Below, piece after piece: positions 42,444 through 50,821 of a DNA stretch of 64,000 nucleotides. Position 1 is the stretch's first letter; every line of letters begins with the position of its first letter. Below the pieces are notes generated by a model. The model worked only from the letters and a program-made list of their open reading frames with translations. It made no database searches and was not told the DNA's origin. The DNA is from an uncultured Phycisphaeraceae bacterium. Its GTDB lineage: Bacteria > Planctomycetota > Phycisphaerae > Phycisphaerales > UBA1924. A program made the position numbers and the translations under genes. Location of the stretch: NCBI GenBank assembly GCA_964529265.1, contig CAZGVW010000033.1, positions 12,454-76,453 on the forward strand, read 5' to 3'.

Positions 42444-43511
42444 GTGGCGGAAGACCTCGGCGAGAGAACAGAGCAACCCACCGGCCGACGCCTCATGGAG
42501 GCCCGCCGCAAAGGACAGGTTCCCAAGAGCGCGAACCTGACCGCCGCCATCCTCCTCTCCGGCGCCGCGGCCATCATCTACGTCTTCGGCGCGGCCATGC
42601 TCGAGGGCGCTGGCGTCTTCATGCGCCGCTCCATGGAGTCCGCCTCGCTCGCCAGCCTCGATTCCGGCCCCCCCATGCCCCAGATCATCGATGCCGCCGT
42701 CAGCGCAGGCCGCATCGTCTGGCCCGCCCTCGTCATCATGTTCGTCATCGCGATCATCGAGCAGGTGCTGCAGGTCGGCTGGTTCATCTCCGTCGAGCCT
42801 CTGAAGCCCAAACTGAGCAAACTGAACTTCATCAGCGGCGCCAAGCGCCTCTTCTCCAAGCGCAGCGTCGTTAAAGCCGGGATCGACGTCCTCAAGGTCG
42901 CCGCCCTCGCCGCCGTCGTATGGCTCGTCATCCGCAGCGACTACGACAAGATCACCGCCCTCACCGCGCTCACCGCCACCGGCGCCCTCGTCGTCGCCGC
43001 CGAAATCGCCCTGCACATGATCCTCTGGGCCCTCGCCCTCCTGCTGCTCATCGGCCTCATCGACCGCTTCTACCAGAAGTGGCAGCACACCGAAGACCTC
43101 AAGATGACCAAGCAGGAAGTCAAGGACGAGCGCCGCTCCATGGAAGGCGATACCCAGGTCAAAGCCCGCCGGCTGAAAATGGCCCGCGAACTCGTCGCGC
43201 AGCAACTCCGCTCCGCCGTCCCCAAGGCCGATGTCATCGTCACCAACCCCACGCACTTCGCCGTCGCCCTCAAGTACGACGCCGATTCCATGAACGCCCC
43301 ACGCGTCGTCGCCAAGGGCGCTGACTACGTCGCCCTCCAGATCCGCCTCATCGCCGCCAGCCACGGCGTCCCGATGGTCGAGCGCCCGCCCCTCGCCCGC
43401 GCCCTCTACCACAACGTCGATATCGGCCGCGAAATCCCCGCCGAACTCTACGAAGCCGTCGCCGAAGTCCTCGCCTACGTCTACCGCCTGGAGGGAAAGA
43501 TGGCGTCCTGA
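42444..43511 (+). CDS. flhB: Flagellar export apparatus protein FlhB
   Basis: The N-terminus is ERTEQPTGRRLMEARRKGQVPKS and the autocleavage motif is VIVTNPTHFAVAL. Confidence 0.95.
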   Translation: MAEDLGERTEQPTGRRLMEARRKGQVPKSANLTAAILLSGAAAIIYVFGAAMLEGAGVFMRRSMESASLASLDSGPPMPQIIDAAVSAGRIVWPALVIMFVIAIIEQVLQVGWFISVEPLKPKLSKLNFISGAKRLFSKRSVVKAGIDVLKVAALAAVVWLVIRSDYDKITALTALTATGALVVAAEIALHMILWALALLLLIGLIDRFYQKWQHTEDLKMTKQEVKDERRSMEGDTQVKARRLKMARELVAQQLRSAVPKADVIVTNPTHFAVALKYDADSMNAPRVVAKGADYVALQIRLIAASHGVPMVERPPLARALYHNVDIGREIPAELYEAVAEVLAYVYRLEGKMAS

Positions 43512-43523
43512 ACGCCCTGAGCC

Positions 43524-45725
43524 ATGGCGCGCACCACACCATCCAAACCTGTGCCGAAGTGGGCCCACGCCATCGCCCGCCACCGCGGGCTCATTGCGCC
43601 CCTCGCCTTCATCAGCCTGCTCGCCGTCATCGTCGTCCCCATGCCGCCCGTGGTGATGGATGTCCTCATCGCGCTCAACATCAGCGTCGCCGTCGTCATG
43701 CTCATGACGACGATCTACATGGATGACCCCCTCGGCCTCAGCGTCTTCCCCTCCCTCCTCCTCGGCACCACGCTCTTCCGCCTCGTCCTGAACATCGCCT
43801 CCACCCGCCTCATCCTCACCGCCGACGCCAACTCCCCCGAAGAAGCCCTCGGAGTCGCCGGCCACGTCATCAGCGCCTTCGGAACCTTCGTCGCCGGCTC
43901 CTCCATGATCGTCGGCGCGATCATCTTCCTCATCCTCATCGTCGTCCAGTTCGTCGTTGTCACCAAGGGCGCCACCCGCATCAGCGAAGTCGCCGCACGC
44001 TTCACCCTCGACGCCATGCCCGGCAAGCAGATGGCCATCGACGCCGATCTCAACGCCGGCCTCATCTCCGAGAAAGAAGCCCGCGAGCGCCGCGAACGCA
44101 TCAGCGACGAGGCCGATTTCTTCGGCGCTATGGACGGCGCCAGCAAGTTCGTCCGCGGCGACGCCGTCGCCGGCATCATCATCACCGTCGTCAACATCAT
44201 CGGGGGCTTCGCCGTCGGCGCCATCGAGAAGGGCTGGGGCATCGCCGATTCCGCCCGCGTCTTCACCCTCCTCACCATCGGCGATGGCCTCGTCTCACAA
44301 CTCCCCGCCCTCGTCATCTCCATCTCCGCCGCACTCATCGTCACCCGCGCCGGCGCCAAGGATTCCCTCGGCGAGGAAATGACGCAGCAACTCACCAGCC
44401 GTCCCCTCGCCCTCGGTCTCGCCGCCGCGTTCATGGCCTCGCTCGCCCTCACGCCCCTCCCCGCCGCGCCGCTCCTCTCCGCCGCCGGCATCATGGGCGC
44501 CATCGCCTTCTACATGACCCGCCAGGATCGCTGGAAAAAGTCCACCGCCGCGGCTGCCGAAAGCGCCCCCAAACTCCGTCCCGATCCACCCGCCGTCGAA
44601 ACACTCCTCAAAGTAGACACCATGGAGCTCGAGGTCGGCTACGGCCTCGTCGCTCTCGTCGACACCAACCAGGGCGGCGATCTCCTCGAGCGCATCGCCG
44701 CCATCCGCCGCCAGATCGCCGTGGACCTCGGACTCGTCATGCCGCCCGTTCGCATCCGCGACAACATGACCCTCGAAGCCAACTCCTACCGCCTCAAAAT
44801 CCGCGGCGCCGCCGTCGCCGAAGGCGCCGTCATCCCGGGCAAACTCCTCGCCATGGATTCCGGAATCGTCACCGGCCGCATCCAGGGCCTCCCCACCCGC
44901 GAGCCCGCCTTCGGCCTCGACGCCTGGTGGATCGAGCCCTCCTCCAAACCCCGGGCCGAAGCCATGAACTACACCGTCGTCGATTCCGCCAGCGTCCTCG
45001 CCACCCACATCACCGAGGTCGTCAAGCGCCACGCCGAGGAACTCCTCACCCGCGAGGAAGTCAACGGCCTGCTCGACGAACTCAAGAAAAAGTCCCCCAA
45101 ACTCGTCGAAGAGGTCATCCCGGGGCAGATCAAGCCCGGCGAACTCCAGAAGGTCCTCCAGAACCTCCTGCGCGAGCGCGTCTCCATCCGCGACCTCGAA
45201 ACCATCCTCGAAACACTCGGCGACTGGGCCTCCAGGACCAAGGACCTCGATGTCCTCACCGAATACGTCCGCCACGGCCTCCGCCGCACCATCTGCCAGC
45301 AGCACGCCGTCCCCGCGGACACCACGGCCGCCGGCGCCGTGAGCCTCGGCCAGACGCCGCCCGCCGCCGGCCGCCGACGCATCGTCTGCGTCACCCTCGA
45401 CCCCGGCTTCGAAGACCTCATCAACGGCTACATCGATCGCTCCAGCGCCGGCACGACCCTCACCATGCCCGCCCGCGTCGCCAACCGAGTCGCGCGCACC
45501 ATCATCGATGCCCTCCAGCCCGTCATCTCGGCCGGGCATCAGCCGGTCGTGCTCGCTTCGCCCCAGGTCAGGGCTGTCGTCCGCCAGTTGCTTGAACCCC
45601 ACTTGCCGAACGCGGCTGTGCTCGGGTACAACGAGATTGTCTCGGATGTCGAGGTTGAGTCGATGGGTCTCGTGAGCGAGCCGTCCGGCGCAGAGGAACG
45701 CGCCGCCGCGGCCGCGGCCGTATAA
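43524..45725 (+). CDS. flhA: Flagellar export apparatus protein FlhA
   Basis: The sequences VVVTKGATRISEVAARFTLDAMPGKQMAIDADL and FFGAMDGASKFVRGDA are present. Confidence 0.95.
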   Translation: MARTTPSKPVPKWAHAIARHRGLIAPLAFISLLAVIVVPMPPVVMDVLIALNISVAVVMLMTTIYMDDPLGLSVFPSLLLGTTLFRLVLNIASTRLILTADANSPEEALGVAGHVISAFGTFVAGSSMIVGAIIFLILIVVQFVVVTKGATRISEVAARFTLDAMPGKQMAIDADLNAGLISEKEARERRERISDEADFFGAMDGASKFVRGDAVAGIIITVVNIIGGFAVGAIEKGWGIADSARVFTLLTIGDGLVSQLPALVISISAALIVTRAGAKDSLGEEMTQQLTSRPLALGLAAAFMASLALTPLPAAPLLSAAGIMGAIAFYMTRQDRWKKSTAAAAESAPKLRPDPPAVETLLKVDTMELEVGYGLVALVDTNQGGDLLERIAAIRRQIAVDLGLVMPPVRIRDNMTLEANSYRLKIRGAAVAEGAVIPGKLLAMDSGIVTGRIQGLPTREPAFGLDAWWIEPSSKPRAEAMNYTVVDSASVLATHITEVVKRHAEELLTREEVNGLLDELKKKSPKLVEEVIPGQIKPGELQKVLQNLLRERVSIRDLETILETLGDWASRTKDLDVLTEYVRHGLRRTICQQHAVPADTTAAGAVSLGQTPPAAGRRRIVCVTLDPGFEDLINGYIDRSSAGTTLTMPARVANRVARTIIDALQPVISAGHQPVVLASPQVRAVVRQLLEPHLPNAAVLGYNEIVSDVEVESMGLVSEPSGAEERAAAAAAV

Positions 45726-45763
45726 GAGCCCGGCTGATTCAGCCGCCGGCGTTGAACACAAGC

Positions 45764-45780
45764 GCCCGCAGGATGCGGGC
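45764..45780 (+). other. 7-bp stem-loop between flhA and flhF
   Basis: The structure is GCCCGCA-GGA-TGCGGGC. No U-tract follows it. Confidence 0.3.
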
Positions 45781-45809
45781 TGAAAAAGCGCAAGCCACGG
45801 AGGGCACGC

Positions 45810-47201
45810 GTGAACCTCAAGACGTACCGCGCCGCATCCATCGCCGACGCTCTGGGCCAGATCAAAAAGGATCTCGGCTCGGACGCGGTGATCCTCCACA
45901 CACGCACGTTCAAGCAGGGCGGCCTCCTCGGCTTCCGCGCCCGGAAGATGGTCGAGATCACCGCCTCGTCTTCCGTCAACGTCGTGCACCCCCTCGCGCG
46001 CAAGGGCAAGGCGCCCGTCGATGGCCCCACCCGCCCCGGCGCCGACATGCTCCGGCGAACCTATGCCGGCGTCGGCGCAAAGGCTGAAACCACACAAAGC
46101 CTCGGCGCCGCCACCTCACTCCGAACCGCCACACTCGCCGCCGTCGCCGCGGCATCCGACGACGTTTGCATCGCCTCCGGGGGCGGCGGAGGCGCTCACC
46201 GAGGCCAGGGCGCGGAATCCGCGGGCGCCGCCGCCGCGGCAACCGCCCTCGCGACGCCCAGAACCACCGCCGCCGCCGCGGATCCCGAACGCCTCGCCCT
46301 CGGCCAGGGCCTCTGGGATGAACTCGCCTGCGTCAAGCGCATGGTCGGGCACGTCCTCCAGGCCTCCCGCGGCCAGACGGCCGCGCCCTGCATGCCCGAA
46401 GCCCTCTTCCAGCGATATCTGCGCCTCATCGAGTCCGAGGTCGCCTCCGAACTGGCGGATGAAATCGTCGGCGCCGTCCGCGACGAACTCTCCGCCGCGG
46501 AACTCGCCGACGAATCCATCGTGCATCAGGCCGTCCTGAAGCGCCTCGCCGCGCACATCCCCGTGGCGATCGATGCGCCAAAACCCGGCCGCATGCCCGA
46601 TGGACGTCCGCTCACCATCGCCCTCGTCGGCCCCACCGGCGTCGGCAAGACGACGACCATCGCCAAACTCGCCGCGAACTACAAACTTCGTCAGGGCCGC
46701 AGCGTCGGGCTCATCACCTCCGATACCTACCGCATCGCCGCCGTGGACCAGTTGCGCACCTACGCCAACATCATCGGCCTGCCCCTCCGTGTCGCCCTCA
46801 CGCCCGCCGAGATGTCGCTGGCCTGCGAGGCCATGAGCGGTGTGGATGTCGTTCTCATCGACACCGCGGGCCGCTCGCAGCACGATGGCGACCGCCTCGC
46901 CGAACTCTCGGAGTTTCTCGGCGCCGCGCGGCCCCACGAGACGCACCTGGTGCTCTCCGGCGCCTCCAATCAGGCCGTCATGCTCCGCGCGGCCGAGCGT
47001 TTTGCCGGCGCCCGCCCCAATCGGGTCATCTTCACAAAACTGGATGAGACCGTGAACTTCGGCGTCCTCGTCAGCGCCGCCAGGTCCATCGGCGCCGCGC
47101 TCTCCTATGTCACGACAGGGCAGGAAGTTCCGGACCAGATCGAGCAGGGCCGCGCCGATCGCCTCGCGCGCCTCGTGCTGGAGGGAGGGGTCCTTCGATG
47201 A
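45810..47201 (+). CDS. flhF: Flagellar biosynthesis GTPase FlhF (SRP-type)
   Basis: G1 is LVGPTGVGKTTTIAKLA, with DTYRIAAVDQL, DTAGRS and FTKLDET also present. The gene starts with GTG. Confidence 0.92.
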   Translation: MNLKTYRAASIADALGQIKKDLGSDAVILHTRTFKQGGLLGFRARKMVEITASSSVNVVHPLARKGKAPVDGPTRPGADMLRRTYAGVGAKAETTQSLGAATSLRTATLAAVAAASDDVCIASGGGGGAHRGQGAESAGAAAAATALATPRTTAAAADPERLALGQGLWDELACVKRMVGHVLQASRGQTAAPCMPEALFQRYLRLIESEVASELADEIVGAVRDELSAAELADESIVHQAVLKRLAAHIPVAIDAPKPGRMPDGRPLTIALVGPTGVGKTTTIAKLAANYKLRQGRSVGLITSDTYRIAAVDQLRTYANIIGLPLRVALTPAEMSLACEAMSGVDVVLIDTAGRSQHDGDRLAELSEFLGAARPHETHLVLSGASNQAVMLRAAERFAGARPNRVIFTKLDETVNFGVLVSAARSIGAALSYVTTGQEVPDQIEQGRADRLARLVLEGGVLR

Positions 47202-48187
47202 CCCCCGCCTCGACACTGTCGGGAGCGCCCCCGGGCGCCGGAGACCAGGCCGCGCATCTGCGCGCCCTCGTCGCGCAGATGGCCGGCGCCGGCAGCCGCG
47301 CTGAGTCCGCGGCGAATCGCGCCCCTGACGCCGCCCCGCACGCCCCGCCGGCCCCGCCGCGCACCGCGCCCGTCGTCGCCGTCGCTTCCGGCAAGGGTGG
47401 CGTGGGCAAGAGCAACTTCTGCGTCAACGTCTGCATCGCCCTTGCGGAGCGCGGCGTCCGCCCGCTTCTGCTCGACGCCGACCTCGGCCTCGCCAACGCC
47501 GATGTGCTCTGCGGCGTCACCCCCGGTGCACACCTCGGGCACGTCCTGGAAGGCGTGCGCCGCATCGAGGAAGTCGTGGTGCGCGCCCCCGGCGGTTTCT
47601 CGCTCGTCCCCGGTGTCGCGGGCGCGCTGAGCGCCTCCGCCGGAAGGCCGGAGCGACGCGCAGATCTTGCCGCCCGCCTCGCGCGACTCGACTCCATGGG
47701 CGACCTCGTGCTCATCGATTGCGGCGCCGGCATCGGGTCAACCGTGATGACCTTCATCTCCGCATCAGACGCCGTCATCATCGTGACCACGCCCGAGCCC
47801 ACGGCCATCGCCGACGCCTATGGGCTCATCAAGTGCCTCGCGCTCACGGCGGGCCCGCACGGCCCGCCTGCGCCGCGCTGCGCGCTCTTTGTAAATCAGG
47901 CGTCCGGCGCCGATGAGGCATGCCGCGCGCACCGGCGCATCGCCGGTGTCTGCGAAAGGTTCCTGGACCTTCCGCTGCCCCTCCTCGGCTGGGCGCCCGC
48001 CGACCCTCATGTGCCGATGGCGGTTCGCGCCCGCACACCACTACTGCTTGCGTACGGCCGCGCGCCCGCCGCCAAGGCGTTGCGGAGGGCCGCATCCTCA
48101 CTCTCCACCTCGCTCAATCTGGCGCACCCGGAGTCGGCCGGCCGCCGCGGTTTGATTCAGAGATTGTTCGGGTCGCCCGCTCCTTAA
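47198..48187 (+). CDS. flhG: MinD-type ATPase FlhG (FleN/YlxH)
   Basis: The deviant Walker A is ASGKGGVGKSNF. The N-terminal DQAAHLR matches the DQAxxLR FlhF-activating motif. The start forms an ATGA overlap with flhF. Confidence 0.9.
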   Translation: MTPASTLSGAPPGAGDQAAHLRALVAQMAGAGSRAESAANRAPDAAPHAPPAPPRTAPVVAVASGKGGVGKSNFCVNVCIALAERGVRPLLLDADLGLANADVLCGVTPGAHLGHVLEGVRRIEEVVVRAPGGFSLVPGVAGALSASAGRPERRADLAARLARLDSMGDLVLIDCGAGIGSTVMTFISASDAVIIVTTPEPTAIADAYGLIKCLALTAGPHGPPAPRCALFVNQASGADEACRAHRRIAGVCERFLDLPLPLLGWAPADPHVPMAVRARTPLLLAYGRAPAAKALRRAASSLSTSLNLAHPESAGRRGLIQRLFGSPAP

Positions 48188-48216
48188 CTCCTCGCAGAAA
48201 ATGCGCATTTCCCCGT

Positions 48217-48243
48217 CAAACTTTGAGGGTGGTGCGCCGATAA
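48217..48243 (+). promoter_or_regulatory. Near-consensus sigma28 (FliA) promoter
   Basis: CAAACTTT-N11-GCCGATAA compares with the consensus TAAAGTTT-N11-GCCGATAA. The -10 element matches 8/8, the -35 element 6/8, and the spacer length is exact. Confidence 0.6.
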
Positions 48244-48291
48244 GCCGATGAGACCACCCGGCCGACCGGGGCGAGAGGCGCGACAGCGGAA

Positions 48292-48564
48292 GTGAATCAG
48301 GGAGTTCCATCACGGATCACGGCCGCATGCGCCGGCCTCGCCGCGTTCGCCATCGCGATCATCTGCGGTCTGTCCGTCGATAACCCCGCGCACGTCATTC
48401 TGACCCGCGCCGTGGTCAGCATGTTCGTGTGCTATCCCGTAGGACTGGTCATCGGAGCCGTGGCGGAGCGAGCGGTCGAAGAGGCAATTCGTGCGCATGC
48501 AGCCGCGGCCAACGCGGACTCGGCGCGGTCAACGTCCGGCGCGAGCGGGGCAAAAACAATTTAA
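48292..48564 (+). CDS. Small two-TM membrane protein of unknown function between flhG and fliA
   Basis: The gene starts with GTG. Its two hydrophobic helices are AACAGLAAFAIAIICGL and VVSMFVCYPVGLVIGAVA, followed by a polar tail. Third-position GC is high. Confidence 0.55.
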   Translation: MNQGVPSRITAACAGLAAFAIAIICGLSVDNPAHVILTRAVVSMFVCYPVGLVIGAVAERAVEEAIRAHAAAANADSARSTSGASGAKTI

Positions 48565-48584
48565 CCTTTGGCCCCTCCGGACTG

Positions 48585-48612
48585 TTGCAATGGTGTTCGC
48601 CGGTCGTATACT
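48585..48612 (+). promoter_or_regulatory. Candidate sigma70-type promoter for fliA
   Basis: The match is TTGCAA-N16-TATACT. Confidence 0.4.
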
Positions 48613-48725
48613 CGCTCCCCATCGGTCGCCCAAGGATGGGCGCACGTTCAGCCTGAACGACAAGGGGCCGCTGATCGCCACGGTCGCGATCATGTGAAGC
48701 CCGACGAATGGTCAAGGAGCGGACC

Positions 48726-49610
48726 ATGCCGACCGCGAAAGCGCGCGTTGCCGCCAAACCAGCGTCTGAGGAAGGCAAGCCGGCCAGAAGCAAAGGCTCG
48801 CGGAAGAAGGATTTTTCCGTGATGACCCGCGCCGACATGGACCGACTGCCGGTGCGCGATGTGTGGCTCGAATACAAGCGCAACCCCACCGAAAGAATCC
48901 GCAACTACTTCATGGAGCGATACCTTCCGCTCGTGCGCTACAAAGCCGAGCGCATCTACGCCCGACTCCCCGACGAAGTGGACATCGAGGATCTGATGTC
49001 CGCCGGGCTTTTCGGACTCATGGACGCCATCGACGCGTTCGACCTCGAGCGCCTCGTCAAGTTCGAGACCTACTGCGCCCCGCGCATCCGCGGCGCCATT
49101 CTCGACGAACTCCGCTCCATGGACTGGGTCCCGCGACTCGTCCGCCACCGCTCCGCCAAGGTGGATAGCGCCCGCAACCGCCTCGAGATGCGCCTCGGCC
49201 GCCGCGCCACCCAGGACGAGATCGCCACCCAACTCGGCGTGGACGCCGAGGAGTTCAAGAAACTCGATCGCGATTCCAGCGCCGTCAACGTCATCAGCCT
49301 CTCGCGCAACTGGCGCCAGTCCGATAGCGGCCGCGAAGTGCGCGAGATCGATGTCATCAAGGATGAGACCCAGTCCAACCCGCTGACCGAGACTCAGCGC
49401 AAGGATCTGAAGGATCTGATCACCAAGGGCCTCAGCCGGGCCGAGCGCCTCATCGTCGTCCTCTACTACTACGAGGAGATGACGATGAAGGAGATCGGCG
49501 CCACGCTCGATCTCTCCGAGTCGCGCGTCAGCCAGATGCACTCCTCCATCCTCGCCCGCCTCAAGGCCCAGATGCAGCATCGCTCCCGCGAGTTTGAGCC
49601 CGTGGAATGA
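48726..49610 (+). CDS. fliA: Flagellar sigma factor FliA (sigma28 / SigD / WhiG family)
   Basis: AAGGAG lies 6 nt upstream of ATG 48726. Region 2 includes EDLMSAGLFGLMDAIDAFD and YCAPRIRGAILDELR, and region 4 includes MKEIGATLDLSESRVSQMH. Confidence 0.92.
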   Translation: MPTAKARVAAKPASEEGKPARSKGSRKKDFSVMTRADMDRLPVRDVWLEYKRNPTERIRNYFMERYLPLVRYKAERIYARLPDEVDIEDLMSAGLFGLMDAIDAFDLERLVKFETYCAPRIRGAILDELRSMDWVPRLVRHRSAKVDSARNRLEMRLGRRATQDEIATQLGVDAEEFKKLDRDSSAVNVISLSRNWRQSDSGREVREIDVIKDETQSNPLTETQRKDLKDLITKGLSRAERLIVVLYYYEEMTMKEIGATLDLSESRVSQMHSSILARLKAQMQHRSREFEPVE

Positions 49611-49699
49611 CCAACCCCGCGTCTGGGGCGTCCGGGGGCCGAAGAGCCGGACCTCGAGAGCCCAAGCCGCGATTCCGTATACCGCCTTTCACCCCAGCG

Positions 49700-49732
49700 C
49701 CGGCGCCCCATATGCGGGCGCCGGTTGCTTTT
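49700..49732 (+). terminator. Intrinsic terminator after fliA
   Basis: A 9-bp stem (CCGGCGCCC/GGGCGCCGG) with a 7-nt loop is followed by TTGCTTTT. Confidence 0.7.
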
Positions 49733-49759
49733 CCGGCCGCGCCCGCGCCATGATCCGGT

Positions 49760-50782
49760 GTGAGCGACGCCGCCGCCATCATCGCGCACATCAGTCTGGG
49801 CTCGAACCTCGGCGACCGCGAGGCCCACATCGAGCGCGCCATCGCCGCGCTCAGCGCTGCGCCGGGCCTTGCGCTCATCGCCCGATCGCCGCTGATCGAA
49901 ACGCCCGCGCTGGTTCCACCCGGAGACGCGCCCCAGCCCTCGTATCTGAACGCCGCGGCCACGCTTGAGACTTCTCTTCCAGCCCGCGCGCTCCTCGATG
50001 TGCTCCTCTCGATCGAGCGCAGCGCCGGCCGCGAGCGCGAGCCCGGCCGCCGCTGGACGCCCCGCACACTCGACCTCGATCTCCTGCTCTATGGCCAAGC
50101 CATCCTCGATGCGCCCGGCCTCACCATCCCGCATCCCCACATGCACGAACGCCTCTTTGTGCTCGATCCGCTCTCCGAGATCGCGCCGGATGCGCTCCAC
50201 CCGGTGTTCGGCCTCACCGTGCGCCACCTGGCGGACGCAGCAGCGGCCGAAGAACACGCCGAATCCCGCGCCGTCGCCCTGATTCGCACGGAGTCGCCCC
50301 GCGACCGCGATGAGGTCCATGCACTCCACATGGAGGCCTTCGGTCGTCGCGCCGAATCCGATCTCGTCAATCGCCTCCACGACTGCAATCTCGCCGCCAT
50401 CTCCCTCGTCGCCACCCGCGCCGGCGCCGTCATCGGTCACATCCTTTTCAGCCCTGTCGCCATCCATGGCCGCGCAACCGATCCGCCCGCACTCGGCCTT
50501 GCGCCCGTGTCTGTGGCCCCCGCATTCCAACGCCGCGGCATCGCCTCCCGCCTCATCCGCGCCGGCCTTGATACATGCCGCGCGATCGGCGCCCCCCTTG
50601 TCGTCGTCCTCGGCGAGCCCTCGATGTACTCCCGCTTCGGCTTCCGCACCGCCTCCACGGTGGGGCTCGCCAATGAATACGGCGTCGATCAGGAGTTCAT
50701 GGCCCTGCTCCTCACAGCGGACGCCGCGAGTCTTCGGGGAATGGTTCGCTACGCAGCGCCCTTCGCCGAACTTGAGCCATGA
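49760..50782 (+). CDS. folK: Fusion of 2-amino-4-hydroxy-6-hydroxymethyldihydropteridine diphosphokinase (HPPK) and a GNAT N-acetyltransferase
   Basis: The N-terminal half has the HPPK motifs ISLGSNLGDR, TPRTLDLDLLLYG and TIPHPHMHERLFVLDPL. The C-terminal half is GNAT (GLAPVSVAPAFQRRGIASRLIRAGL). There is no in-frame stop between the two halves. Confidence 0.8.
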   Translation: MSDAAAIIAHISLGSNLGDREAHIERAIAALSAAPGLALIARSPLIETPALVPPGDAPQPSYLNAAATLETSLPARALLDVLLSIERSAGREREPGRRWTPRTLDLDLLLYGQAILDAPGLTIPHPHMHERLFVLDPLSEIAPDALHPVFGLTVRHLADAAAAEEHAESRAVALIRTESPRDRDEVHALHMEAFGRRAESDLVNRLHDCNLAAISLVATRAGAVIGHILFSPVAIHGRATDPPALGLAPVSVAPAFQRRGIASRLIRAGLDTCRAIGAPLVVVLGEPSMYSRFGFRTASTVGLANEYGVDQEFMALLLTADAASLRGMVRYAAPFAELEP

Positions 50783-50821
50783 TTCGTCGCACAGCCCTGC
50801 CGGCGCCCTGCGCCTCGTAGA

